From: an uncultured Phycisphaerales bacterium
GTDB lineage: Bacteria > Planctomycetota > Phycisphaerae > Phycisphaerales > SM1A02
Direction of reading: 5' to 3'
NCBI GenBank assembly: GCA_938084645.1
Contig: CALKEP010000033.1
Location: forward strand, 32,001-96,000
DNA: 64,000 bases
Numbering within the stretch: the stretch's first letter is position 1; each line of letters begins with the position of its first letter. Position numbers and translations under genes: made by a program. Shown here piece by piece: positions 39,525-49,655 of the stretch. A model generated the notes under the pieces. It saw nothing but the letters and a program-made list of their open reading frames with translations. It was not told the origin of the DNA and searched no databases.

Positions 39525-40694
39525 TCAGGCGGCGCGAAGCGCTTCCGGGACCGGAAGTCGAAGGCAGCGGATCGCCGGCACGAGGGCGCCGAAGACGCCG
39601 AGAAGCAGGCCTGCGAGCAGGCTCAGGACGAGGACGCCGGGACCGATCGAGAGCCCGAAGATCCCCATGGAGAAGCGAATGGTGGCCTGGTCGAGGACCA
39701 GCATCCCGATGGCGGCGGCGACCAGCCCCCCGATCGAGGCGGTGAGGACCGATTCGAGGACGAGACTTCGGACGATCGCCGGACGGGTGTAGCCGAGGGT
39801 CTGCAGCGTTCCGATCTCGCGGACGCGACTCGCGAATGCGGCATAGGTCGTGTTCAAGCCTCCGATCACCCCGCCCGTCGCGACGAGGATCGCGGTCACG
39901 ATGACCATGAGTCGGATGGGCGTGAAGAAGGCGGCGAGGGACGCGTAGTAGTCGCTCTCCCGGAGGGCCACGAGTTCCAGATCGATCCGAGTCGCCGCGA
40001 AACCGTTCGCGGACGTCATGTTCTCGGAGTCGAGCCTGATCACGACGCAGGAGAGCGTGTCTCGTTTCGCGACGATCAGCAGATCCGAGAGCGGCATCCA
40101 GATCTCACCCTCGATGACGCCACCGTCCGCCTCGAGCAGGCCCACGATCGTGAAGGGGCGGTCGTCCACGGTCAGCCTGGCGCCGAGCGCGTCCTCCGGG
40201 CGTTCCCACCCGAGCCCCCGGGCGGCGAGCGCGCCGACCGCGATCTCGTCGCTTCCATTCGCCGGGAGTCGTCCCGCCGTGAGTCGTGCTTCGCGATGCA
40301 CGAGGAACGCCGCCGGCGTGACGCCTCGGAAGATCATGTTGATGGTGTCCTCCTCGGCGTCTCCGTCGAGGAGCACCGGGATCGCGAAGTGGATCTCGGG
40401 GGAGACCGCGTCGACGCCGGCGATGCGTTCGACGCCGCGGATTCCGGACGCCGCGATCCCGGTCGTGCGCATGGGGATCTCGCTGCGTTCCACGCTCTCC
40501 TCGCTGCCTGCCCCGATCAACATCACGTTGTTCGGAGAACCACTGGTGCGGAGCGATTGCTGCATTCCAGTGACGAATCCGCCTGCGGCCATCACCAGCA
40601 GGACGACGAGGCCGCAGCCACCCGCGCTGAGAAGCAGGCGGACCGGATTCCGGGTCATGTTCCGAACGGCGTATTCGAATGGAAGTCCTTGCAT
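39525..40694 (-). CDS. MacB/FtsX-type ABC permease
   Basis: TM1, large periplasmic loop, three C-terminal TMs; RVREIGTLQTLGY; EALR end. Confidence 0.9.
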   Translation of the reverse strand: MQGLPFEYAVRNMTRNPVRLLLSAGGCGLVVLLVMAAGGFVTGMQQSLRTSGSPNNVMLIGAGSEESVERSEIPMRTTGIAASGIRGVERIAGVDAVSPEIHFAIPVLLDGDAEEDTINMIFRGVTPAAFLVHREARLTAGRLPANGSDEIAVGALAARGLGWERPEDALGARLTVDDRPFTIVGLLEADGGVIEGEIWMPLSDLLIVAKRDTLSCVVIRLDSENMTSANGFAATRIDLELVALRESDYYASLAAFFTPIRLMVIVTAILVATGGVIGGLNTTYAAFASRVREIGTLQTLGYTRPAIVRSLVLESVLTASIGGLVAAAIGMLVLDQATIRFSMGIFGLSIGPGVLVLSLLAGLLLGVFGALVPAIRCLRLPVPEALRAA

Positions 40695-40713
40695 GGTCGT
40701 GTCCTCGGGGCGA

Positions 40714-41874
40714 TCAGATCGCCCGCAGTCCTTCCGTGATCTCGCTCCGTGCCGCACGCACCGCGGGAACCGCACCGGCGAGCAGGCCGAGGATGATCGC
40801 GATTCCGGCCCCGATCATCGCGAGTCGCGGATCGTTGACGATCTCGACGTTGACCCCCTCCATCGTCATGCTGAACCGTCCGAAGGAGATCAGGACGGTC
40901 GAGGCCACGCCGCCGATCACGCCGCCCGCGGCACCGAGGATCGCGCCTTCGAGGAGCACCATCCATGCAAGCAGTCCGCCCGTGTAGCCGAGCGTCTGCA
41001 GGACCGCCTGATCGCGGATTCGATCCCGCATCGCCAGGATGATCGCGTTCGCGATCAGGGCGAGCACCGCGGCGAGGGACGCCCATCCGACCCAGCCCGC
41101 GAAGCTCACGAGCTCCACCACGTCCCGGACCGCCCGGCCGACGAAGGCCTTCTCCGGCCAGGTGCTGGTCGGATGCTCGTCATGCTTGAACTCGGCGTCG
41201 ATGATGGCCGCGATCTCCTCCATGCGGGCGGGCGTGTCGACGGTGACGTTGAACTGGGTCACGATCCCCCCGGTGCCGCCGCGGGTGACGGTCTCCTGCA
41301 GGAACGGAAGCTGCACGTAGGCGACGTTCCGATCCTGGGCCCGTTCGCTCTCGAGGATGCCGGCGACGTAGACCGTCACGCCGGCGGCGCTGAACCGGTC
41401 ACCCACCGAAACGCCCCTTCGGGCGGCGAGCGACTCGCCCACGACCGCCGCGTCGCCGCGACGACGCCAGTCCTCCGGCGTGCCCTCCACGAGCCGGCCC
41501 GCTTCGCCGAGGGTCGATTCGAGGTCGTCCGTCGGAACGCCTCGGAACGTGACCACGTCGAGGCTGGCCCGGCAGTTGGAGACGAGGATCTGCATCGGAA
41601 TCACCGCGCTCACGCCCTCGATCCGTTCGATCCGGTCGCCGTAGAACTGCGGCAGCCGACTGGTGAAGGGGCAGAAGCGATTCTCGCGATAGACGACGAG
41701 CGTCGCATCCTCGGCGGACGCCTGGGTCGCATCGTCCACCCCCGCCCGCATCGCTTCGACGCTGGTGAAGAGGAACATCGCGACCGCGATGCCGCTCACC
41801 GTGAGCAGGGTCCGGACGGGCGTGCGCACGATCTGACGCCAGACGGTGGGAATGACTGCGAGGGATTGCTTCAT
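40714..41874 (-). CDS. MacB/FtsX-type ABC permease (second)
   Basis: RTLLTVSGIAVA, RIRDQAVLQTLGY, PAVRAAR; ATGA overlap with the ATPase. Confidence 0.9.
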   Translation of the reverse strand: MKQSLAVIPTVWRQIVRTPVRTLLTVSGIAVAMFLFTSVEAMRAGVDDATQASAEDATLVVYRENRFCPFTSRLPQFYGDRIERIEGVSAVIPMQILVSNCRASLDVVTFRGVPTDDLESTLGEAGRLVEGTPEDWRRRGDAAVVGESLAARRGVSVGDRFSAAGVTVYVAGILESERAQDRNVAYVQLPFLQETVTRGGTGGIVTQFNVTVDTPARMEEIAAIIDAEFKHDEHPTSTWPEKAFVGRAVRDVVELVSFAGWVGWASLAAVLALIANAIILAMRDRIRDQAVLQTLGYTGGLLAWMVLLEGAILGAAGGVIGGVASTVLISFGRFSMTMEGVNVEIVNDPRLAMIGAGIAIILGLLAGAVPAVRAARSEITEGLRAI

Positions 41875-42584
41875 GCGATGGTCTCCGTTCCGGCCGCGAT
41901 GGTGGGGGTCTCGGACTCCACGAGTCGACCCTTCTCCAGATGGAGCACCGTGTCGCACCACTCGGTGGTCTTCGGATCATGGGTCACCATCACGATGGTG
42001 CGTCCGAGGTCGCGATTCAGTCGGGCGAGGAGATCCATGATCGTCGTCGCGCTCTCGCGATCGAGGTCCCCGGTCGGCTCGTCGGCGAGGATCAGCGTCG
42101 GGTCCGTGACGATGGCCCGCGCGATCGCGACCCGCTGCTCCTGCCCGCCCGAGAGCTGCCTCGGATGGTGGTCGCTTCGATCGGCGATGCCCACGAGATC
42201 GAGGGCCGCGGCGACCCGCCGGTGTCGTTCGCGACGAGAGATCGGATGGAGAAGCAGCGGCAGTTCCACGTTCTCGTACGCGGAGAGGACGGGCACGAGG
42301 TTGTACAGCTGGAAGATGTACCCGACCGATTCGCTCCGCCACCGGGCGAGCGGGCCTCGGGCGAGTTCGTGGATGGGTCGGCCGTCGATCACCAGCGAGC
42401 CGCGGGTGGGCCGGTCGATGCCGGCGAGCAGGTTGAGCAGCGTCGTCTTTCCGGAACCCGACGGTCCCATCAACGCGACGAAGCGTCCCGCATCCATGTC
42501 GAGATCGAGCCCGTCGAGGGGGGTGATCGCTTCCGTGCCCCGGTGGTAGGTCCGGGTGAGATCCCGGCATTCGATGAGTGTCAT
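41871..42584 (-). CDS. ABC ATP-binding protein (LolD/MacB NBD-like)
   Basis: GPSGSGKTT, LSGGQEQRVAIARA, LADEPTGDLD, VTHD. Confidence 0.95.
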   Translation of the reverse strand: MTLIECRDLTRTYHRGTEAITPLDGLDLDMDAGRFVALMGPSGSGKTTLLNLLAGIDRPTRGSLVIDGRPIHELARGPLARWRSESVGYIFQLYNLVPVLSAYENVELPLLLHPISRRERHRRVAAALDLVGIADRSDHHPRQLSGGQEQRVAIARAIVTDPTLILADEPTGDLDRESATTIMDLLARLNRDLGRTIVMVTHDPKTTEWCDTVLHLEKGRLVESETPTIAAGTETIA

Positions 42585-44128
42585 GCGTCCGCTCCCAGAT
42601 TGCTTTCCTCGATCCGGACGGCGTCACCTTCGCCGACGCCGTCCCCGAGAATCACCATGTCGCCGGCCCGCAGTCCGGACCGGATCTCGATCCAGCCTTC
42701 GAACATCCGGTCGCCGACCTCGACCACGCGACGATTCGCGATGCCTTCGCGACCGCGGCGATTCGCCACGATCCAGATCCGACCCGAATCGTCGATCGCA
42801 TCCGCGGGCGCGAAGACCCGGTCCACGGTGCGACGTGCCGCCGACGTCTCGTCCTTCCCGGGTGCGAGGATCCGGACCCGGGCGAGCATGTCGGGTTTGA
42901 GCAGCGGTGACGGATCGTCGATGTGGACCTTCGCCTCCACCGTGTTCTTGGAGACGTCGGCCCGGTGGACGAATCGAGTGACCCGGCCCTTGAACACGAC
43001 GTCCGGAAGCAGGTCGATCACGATCTCCGCGGGCTGGCCGACGCCGACCTGCGCCGCTTCCGCGAGCGGGATGTCGGCACGGACCTGAAGCATGGCGGGA
43101 TCGTAGAGATGGATCACATGCGCGCCGTGCTGTCCGTTGCCGAACTGGATGGTCGATCCCGGCGAGGTCAGTCGCTCGATGACCACGCCATCGACCGCGG
43201 AGCGAACGGTGCATCGTTCGAGTGCGAGGGCGGCCGCATCGCGGTCCGCGACCGCACGATCCAGCTCGGCTTCCGCGACCCGAACCGCTGCCTTCGCGTT
43301 CTCGAGCTCGAGGGTCTCGTGAATGAGCAGTTCGCGATTTCTCAGGCTCGCGGCATGCTCCGCCCGGGCGGCCGCGAGCTTCGCGGTCACCGCGTCACGT
43401 TCCGCCTCGACGCCCTCGATCTCGGCGTCGATCGAGCGAAGCCGGATCCGCATCCGTTCGACCGGACCCGCGGCGACCGCGCCTTGCTCGACCAGTTTCG
43501 ACTTTCGCGCGAGCTCGTCCTTCAACTCGTCGATCCGAGCCCGGAGCCCCGTGATCCGGGAGGGGTATCCGGCGAGGTCAGCCTCGAGTTGCGCCTCCTT
43601 CGCCGCCATGACCGCGACGCGTCGATCGATTTCGACGAGTTCCTCGATCTCGACGGTGGCGGCCCGCTGCGCCGCGATCGCCGCGTCCAGCACGCCCTGG
43701 CGCTGCTCGACCACGGCTTCGGTTCGACGATGCGCGATCTCGGCATCGTCGGGGACGAGCCTGGCGACGGCCTGACCGGCCTCGACTCGATCGCCCTCGA
43801 GCACGAGGATCTCCGAGACGATGCCCTGCGTCAGGGCCGGCACGTAGGTGGAGTAGGGATCGGCCTCGATCCAGCCCGGGGCCTGCACGAGGACCTGGTT
43901 CTCCGGAGTCACGGTGGACGCGACCGCTTCGATGGACCGGATCGCCACGGCGGTGGCACGGACGTCGGTTCGGGGTCGAACCGCGTCCCAGCCGACGAAC
44001 GCGACGAGTCCGGAGGTGGCTGCGAGGATCGTGGCCGGAATCGCGATTCGCGCGATGAAGCGACGTGGCGGTTGGGGGATCCGATCGCCCGCGTCCGGTC
44101 TGATGCTCTCGATTCCTTGGGTGTTCAT
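42581..44128 (-). CDS. Periplasmic adaptor (membrane fusion protein, HlyD/MacA-like) with long coiled coil
   Basis: N-terminal TM, lipoyl halves GIVSEILVLEGDRVEAGQ and VRSAVDGVV; ATGA overlaps at both ends. Confidence 0.9.
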   Translation of the reverse strand: MNTQGIESIRPDAGDRIPQPPRRFIARIAIPATILAATSGLVAFVGWDAVRPRTDVRATAVAIRSIEAVASTVTPENQVLVQAPGWIEADPYSTYVPALTQGIVSEILVLEGDRVEAGQAVARLVPDDAEIAHRRTEAVVEQRQGVLDAAIAAQRAATVEIEELVEIDRRVAVMAAKEAQLEADLAGYPSRITGLRARIDELKDELARKSKLVEQGAVAAGPVERMRIRLRSIDAEIEGVEAERDAVTAKLAAARAEHAASLRNRELLIHETLELENAKAAVRVAEAELDRAVADRDAAALALERCTVRSAVDGVVIERLTSPGSTIQFGNGQHGAHVIHLYDPAMLQVRADIPLAEAAQVGVGQPAEIVIDLLPDVVFKGRVTRFVHRADVSKNTVEAKVHIDDPSPLLKPDMLARVRILAPGKDETSAARRTVDRVFAPADAIDDSGRIWIVANRRGREGIANRRVVEVGDRMFEGWIEIRSGLRAGDMVILGDGVGEGDAVRIEESNLGADA

Positions 44129-45597
44129 GAGGATTGCTCCATGTTCGTCCGCCCGCCCGAGGGCGAGGGATCGGCGACGGCGGTCTGCGACGCGGCGTCG
44201 ACGGGGGGGATCGCGGGGGGTATCGGCTCGAGGTCGAAGGAGCCACCGACCGCTTCTTCGAGCGTGATGCGTTCGACGTGCGATGCGAGCCGGTACTCCA
44301 CGAGTCGGCGTTCGACTTCGACGCGTCGTTGCTGGGCGAGGAGCAGCACCGTGAGATCGATCACGCCTTCCCGATAGGCGGACTCGGCGAGACGCTCCGC
44401 TTCGATCGCCGGTTCCAGCACCGTCTCCGCATAGTCGACGCAACGTCGCGTCGACCGGACGAAGGCCTCCCGGGTCGATCTGGCGGATCCGATCGCGGCG
44501 CGACGGACGTCCAGCAGGTGGAGACGTGCGGCGTCGAGGCGGGCCCGGGCGGCGGCGACCTTCGTCGAGCCGTCGTCGAGGATCGGGAGGGTGATCTTCG
44601 CACCCGGGAGCACCGCCTGGCGGTCGACGAAGTTCCGGTTCCACATCGCACCCACGCCGACTTCCGGCCATCGGGCCGCGCCGGCGAGGCGATGACCCGC
44701 CTCGGCCTCCACGACGCCCATGCGGGCCGTCGCCACGTCGAGGCGGACCGAGCGGGCGAGTTCGATGATTCGCGACTCGTCGGGAACGGACTGGTTCCGG
44801 TCGAGGGTGCCGACGGCTTCGAAGGTCGGATCTCGATCAGGGCATCCCATGGCGGCGAGGAGTTCGATCCTCGCCCGGCGCGCGTCGCTTCTCGCCGCGG
44901 TCGCGGCCGCGGCGCTCTCGGCGGCGTCCACGAGGGCGCGATCGAGATCCACGCGAGACGCCTCGCCGACCTCGACGATGCTCGCCACCGTCTCGACGGT
45001 GCGGCGAGTCGCTTCCGCATGCGCCGCGTCCAGCTCGTACAGGGCGTCGCCGGCGACGACCGCGGTGTGGAGACGCCGCACCTCGGCGTCGAGTGCGATC
45101 ATCTTCTCGGCTGCTTTCAGGATGGCGGCGCGACGGCTCGCGTCTCGACCATCGACCCTGGCATCGCGGGTCCAGATCCAGGTGAGTTGCTGGGTGATGC
45201 CGGCCACCGCGGGAGCGCCGGACATGCCGTCGACCGCGACGCCGATCGCCAGGTCGACCGCGGGGTTGGGCGGCAGATCGGCCTGGGCGAGTTCGGCACG
45301 GGCCAGGTCGAGGTCCGCGAGCGTGCCTCGGATTCCGGCATCGCGCTGGAAGGCGACTCGTACCGCGGTGTCGGCGTCGAGCGGATCGACGAAGTTCCAG
45401 GCGGGCGGAGGAAGCACCGGCGAACGGGCGACGTCTTCGGCGTCGAAGCGGCCTTCGAGCCTCGATTCGGCGATCTCGTCGACGCGGAGTCGATCCGCGG
45501 CGGGGTCGCTGGAGATGCAGCCTGGCCCGACGGCGATGACGCCGATGGACGCGGCGATCACACCATGGAGCCTGGATGGGCGTTGGAGTGGGGACAT
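44125..45597 (-). CDS. TolC-family outer-membrane efflux lipoprotein
   Basis: Lipobox-like VGPGC; LPPNP; YREGVIDLTVLL; LEEAVGG; Ala-rich helical repeats. Confidence 0.85.
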   Translation of the reverse strand: MSPLQRPSRLHGVIAASIGVIAVGPGCISSDPAADRLRVDEIAESRLEGRFDAEDVARSPVLPPPAWNFVDPLDADTAVRVAFQRDAGIRGTLADLDLARAELAQADLPPNPAVDLAIGVAVDGMSGAPAVAGITQQLTWIWTRDARVDGRDASRRAAILKAAEKMIALDAEVRRLHTAVVAGDALYELDAAHAEATRRTVETVASIVEVGEASRVDLDRALVDAAESAAAATAARSDARRARIELLAAMGCPDRDPTFEAVGTLDRNQSVPDESRIIELARSVRLDVATARMGVVEAEAGHRLAGAARWPEVGVGAMWNRNFVDRQAVLPGAKITLPILDDGSTKVAAARARLDAARLHLLDVRRAAIGSARSTREAFVRSTRRCVDYAETVLEPAIEAERLAESAYREGVIDLTVLLLAQQRRVEVERRLVEYRLASHVERITLEEAVGGSFDLEPIPPAIPPVDAASQTAVADPSPSGGRTNMEQSS

Positions 45598-45673
45598 GTT
45601 TGATTCCGGACGAACGGCGTGACGACATCCCGAGGATCCGCGGGATCATCGGGAACGGCGGGTTCGTCTGGAA

Positions 45674-46105
45674 TCAGTGTTGCAGCACGACCACGCGACG
45701 AAGGTCGCGGGCCGATCGAGCCGGATCACGCCCGGACGGCGGCTCGCCACGTTCGAGCGAGACGGCGACGATCCCGGGAAGATCGTGGATCGCCTCGGCG
45801 TGGGTCGTCTGGAGCTCGGGTTGGAACGCGATCTGGTCGAAGGCGTCCTCGAGTTGGTGGTCGACGGTGACCGGCGCCTTCACGCAGCAGCCTTCGCAAT
45901 CGCCGCAGTCCTCGGTGGGGCGATCCGTGTCGGAATCACCACCCTGTCCCTGGCCGAGGCTCGCACAGCAGGAGGCCACCATCGGCTCCGTTCCGTCGGA
46001 CACCATCGCCGCCGCGGTCTTCAGCACGCAGCAACAGATCGGCATCAGCACCGCGAGGGTCGCGGCGATGACGTTCCGTCCGAGGATGCTCTTGAAGAGG
46101 TGCAT
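45674..46105 (-). CDS. Cys-rich exported small protein (143 aa) leading the efflux operon
   Basis: Hydrophobic N-terminus ending PICCC; SCC; CGDCEGCC; C-terminal RGEPP; TATACT at 46173-46178 upstream on the minus strand. Confidence 0.75.
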   Translation of the reverse strand: MHLFKSILGRNVIAATLAVLMPICCCVLKTAAAMVSDGTEPMVASCCASLGQGQGGDSDTDRPTEDCGDCEGCCVKAPVTVDHQLEDAFDQIAFQPELQTTHAEAIHDLPGIVAVSLERGEPPSGRDPARSARDLRRVVVLQH

Positions 46106-46407
46106 GCGGGAAGAGAGACTCAGGTGGTGAAGAACCACGAGTGGTCCTGGTCCGTTGAAGAGACGGCCTAGGAGTATATGGGTCCGATTCGATGGGGGTT
46201 CCACCAAATTCCGACGGCTCCCGGTCCGAAGCCTCGACAGAGCCGCCCGTTCGATCCTGAAATCCGGCTTCCCGCATCCGGAACTCGGTTCGCGGAAACC
46301 CGTGTCGTCCGAGAACACGGTGTCGATCCGAGGTCGCGATCGGGATGGACACGGGGTGCAGCGGTTACCTTTTCTCGCGACCGACCTCGACCACGGAGAC
46401 GATCCTC

Positions 46408-49400
46408 ATGCTGCCCGATCTCGAATACGCCGCGCTTCGTTTCGAGACGTTCGCGGACGAGGTGCTTCGCCCGTTGGCGACCCCGGTCGCCGAACCGCTC
46501 GAGATCACCGTGGCACAGTTCGAGGGGCGCCCCACGCATGCCGAGGTCGAGGGACTCGACGCGTCGGCGTTCGCGACGATCCGCACCGGATGGCGTTGGG
46601 GGCCCGTCTGGAGCACCGCGTGGTTCCGGCTTCGCGGCCGGATCACCGACGCGATGCGGGGTCGCGAGATCCACCTTCGCTTCGACGCCGGGACCGAAGC
46701 GCTCCTGTGGCGGGACGGGGCGCCGCATCACGGCTTCGACTTCAATCGGGATCGAGCGCCGCTCTTCGCATCCGGGGAAGGCGACGGCGACGTGGACCTG
46801 TTGGTCGAGGCGGCCTGCAACCTGCCGCTCGGCGTGTCGACGTTCTGGTGGGACGATCCCGAGGTGCAGGCGCGATGGCGTGAGGAGAAGCCCGGCCGAC
46901 TCTCGGTGGCGGAGCTCGTGACCTACGACGACCACGCCTGGCGTTTCGTGCAGGCGTGGGATCTCGCGCGACGAACCATGCTGCTTCATGCCGCCGACGT
47001 GCCGCGGGCGCAGACGCTTCAGGCCGGGTTGAGATCGATCCTCGGAAGGATTCCCGCCCACGATCCACGGCCGGCGCTCGATGTCGAGATGCCGGAACTC
47101 GAGTCGCTGCTCCGGGGTGCCGGGGCGGACGGAGGGACCGGGACCACCTGCATCGCGGTCGGGCACGCCCACATCGACACCGCCTGGCTGTGGCCGCTCG
47201 CCGAGACTCGTCGAAAGTGCCTCCGGACGTTCGCGACGGTCGATCGTCTGATGGAGCGTTGCCCGGACTTCAGGTTCCTCTGCAGCCAGGCCCAGCAGTA
47301 TCGATGGATCCGGGAGGACTCGCCGGCGCTCTTCGAGCGGATCGCCACCCGTGTCCGCGAAGGTCGTTGGGAGCCCGGGGGGGCGATGTGGATCGAACCC
47401 GACTGCAACGCGCCGAGCGGCGAGAGTTTCATTCGACAGATCCTTCATGGCACCGGGTGGTGGGAATCCGCGTTCGGAACGGACGCGACCCAGCGGCATC
47501 TCTACCTGCCCGACACCTTCGGCTTCCCCGCGTCGTTGCCGCAGATCGTGATCGGTTCGGGGCTCGACACCTTCATCACCAACAAGATCAGCTGGTGTGA
47601 ACGGAACCGCTTCCCGCACGTCTCCTTCGACTGGATCGGCATCGACGGCACGCGCGTGCTCACCCATCTGACGCCCGGTCACAACTACAACAGTTCGATT
47701 CTGCCCGAGGATCTGCGTTTCGCCGAGCGCAACGTCGCCTCCCTCGACCGGGCGGGATCGCCGACGTGGCTGCAGCCCTACGGCTTCGGAGACGGCGGAG
47801 GTGGTCCGACCGTCGAGCAGATCGAACGGATCGAATGGATGGCGCGGGGCGTCGAGGGTCTGCCGCGGGTCGAGTTCGGCCGGGCCGACGACTTCTGCGG
47901 TCGCCTGCACGCGGACGCGGACCGACTGCGCCACGAGGCGGACGGACCGGCGCGCTGGGACGGCGAGCTCTATCTCGAACTGCATCGAGGAACCTACACC
48001 TCGCATCAATGGCTCAAGCAGGCCAACCACCGGGCCGAGTCGGCGCTGCGATCGATCGAGATCCTCGCCTGCGGCGATCCGGGCGCGAGTTCCGAGAGCG
48101 TCGTCGCGTCCCGGGAACGGATCGACGAGACGTGGAAGCTCGTGCTGCTCAACCAGTTCCACGACATCCTCCCCGGCTCCTCGATCAAGGAGGTCTACGA
48201 CGACGCGCGGGTGCAGATGGACGCGGTCGCCGAGACCTGCGGGGCGGCGATGGACGACGGGCTCGCGGGCTGGGCCGCGTCGCTCGACGCGACGGGGCTC
48301 GACGCACCGGTCCTGGTCTACAACCCGGCGAGCACCCCGCGGGGCGGCATCGTCGACGTGGCCGGCGAACTGCTTCCGGTGGCGACGATCCCCGCGGTGT
48401 CCGCGGTCCTCGCCGACGCGATGCACCTGCATGCGGTGTCGCCGGTCGAGGTCGACGGCGACACGCTGCGAAACGGTCGCGTGGAAGCGACGTTCGACGA
48501 GGTCGGTCGCGTCGTCTCGCTCCGGCGGGCGGGGGGCGAGACGATCAACGCGGTCGGCGCGGACGGACCGATTCCGATGAATCGATTCCGGCTCTACGAG
48601 GATCGACCGCGTCGGTGGGAGGCCTGGGACGTCGACCGCGACTATCACGAGAAGTTCGAGGAGGTGGTGGAGCCCGCCGAGCGTCGTGCGGTGATCGAGT
48701 CCGGGCCCCTGCGGGGTGCGATCGAGTTCGAGCATGCGATCGGACGTGCGAGCCGGCTGGTGGTCCGCTACGTGCTCGATGCGGATTCCGACCGGCTCGA
48801 CGTGAACCTGCTGGTCGACTGGCGGGAGGATCACACGCTGCTTCGCGCCGAATTCCCGACCTGCATCCGAACGCGATCCGCGACCTACGGGATCCAGTTC
48901 GGTGAACTCGAGCGGGCGACGCATCGGAACACCAGCTGGGAGGAGGCGCGGTTCGAGGTGCCGGGGCGTCGCTGGATGGACCTCTCCCGGCCGGGGCTCG
49001 GGCTCGCGGTGCTCGATGCGGGCATCGTGGGTCGGAACGCGTGCGAGGGGGTGCTCGGTCTGAGTCTGCTTCGCGCCCCGAAGTTCCCCGACCCGACCTG
49101 TGACCGGGGAACGCACCGTCTTCGATACGCGTTGATGCCGCACGAGGGCGATCGTCGAACCGCGGGCGTCGCGGGAGTCGATGCGGAAGCCGAGGCGTTC
49201 GCGGAACCTCTGGTGGTGCGGCGATTGAATTCGGGCGAGGCCTCCGCAGGCGGCGTCGATCGGATTCGCCCGGTCGAGATCGAGGTGTCGGGGGCCGCCG
49301 CGGTCGAGATCGCGTCCTTGAAGCCGGCCGAGGATGGCGACGGCGTGGTGCTTCGAATCGTCGAAAAACACGGCGGCTCGGGTGTCGCGACGATCCGCGT

Positions 49401-49545
49401 GCCTGGATGGGCCGAGCCAACCGTGGTCGATCTGCGCGAACGCCCGATGAACGCCGGGGCGACCTTCGCGATGCGCGACGATGGTGGTTTCGAATTGCCG
49501 CTTCGTCCCTTCGGAATCGAATCGATCCGACTGCGAAAGCGATGA
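46408..49545 (+). CDS. Alpha-mannosidase (GH38)
   Basis: VGHAHIDTAWLW, YLPDTFG, YGFGDGGGGP, GELYLELHRGTYTS, NQFHDILPGSSI; GGAG SD before ATG 46408. Confidence 0.94.
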   Translation: MLPDLEYAALRFETFADEVLRPLATPVAEPLEITVAQFEGRPTHAEVEGLDASAFATIRTGWRWGPVWSTAWFRLRGRITDAMRGREIHLRFDAGTEALLWRDGAPHHGFDFNRDRAPLFASGEGDGDVDLLVEAACNLPLGVSTFWWDDPEVQARWREEKPGRLSVAELVTYDDHAWRFVQAWDLARRTMLLHAADVPRAQTLQAGLRSILGRIPAHDPRPALDVEMPELESLLRGAGADGGTGTTCIAVGHAHIDTAWLWPLAETRRKCLRTFATVDRLMERCPDFRFLCSQAQQYRWIREDSPALFERIATRVREGRWEPGGAMWIEPDCNAPSGESFIRQILHGTGWWESAFGTDATQRHLYLPDTFGFPASLPQIVIGSGLDTFITNKISWCERNRFPHVSFDWIGIDGTRVLTHLTPGHNYNSSILPEDLRFAERNVASLDRAGSPTWLQPYGFGDGGGGPTVEQIERIEWMARGVEGLPRVEFGRADDFCGRLHADADRLRHEADGPARWDGELYLELHRGTYTSHQWLKQANHRAESALRSIEILACGDPGASSESVVASRERIDETWKLVLLNQFHDILPGSSIKEVYDDARVQMDAVAETCGAAMDDGLAGWAASLDATGLDAPVLVYNPASTPRGGIVDVAGELLPVATIPAVSAVLADAMHLHAVSPVEVDGDTLRNGRVEATFDEVGRVVSLRRAGGETINAVGADGPIPMNRFRLYEDRPRRWEAWDVDRDYHEKFEEVVEPAERRAVIESGPLRGAIEFEHAIGRASRLVVRYVLDADSDRLDVNLLVDWREDHTLLRAEFPTCIRTRSATYGIQFGELERATHRNTSWEEARFEVPGRRWMDLSRPGLGLAVLDAGIVGRNACEGVLGLSLLRAPKFPDPTCDRGTHRLRYALMPHEGDRRTAGVAGVDAEAEAFAEPLVVRRLNSGEASAGGVDRIRPVEIEVSGAAAVEIASLKPAEDGDGVVLRIVEKHGGSGVATIRVPGWAEPTVVDLRERPMNAGATFAMRDDGGFELPLRPFGIESIRLRKR

Positions 49546-49655
49546 GCAACGCGCCGCCGGGCGCCGGGTGGATCCCCGCCTTCGATACCCTACTCCCTTC
49601 GTGACGACCGAGGATCGGTCGTCCGGATCTTGAAATCGAAGACGGAGTGCGGAAC

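Noticed and set aside
39525..45597. Classical type I secretion system or RND pump
   Set aside because: The permeases are 4-TM MacB/FtsX type with a separate ATPase; there is no HlyB-type fusion, RND subunit or RTX substrate.
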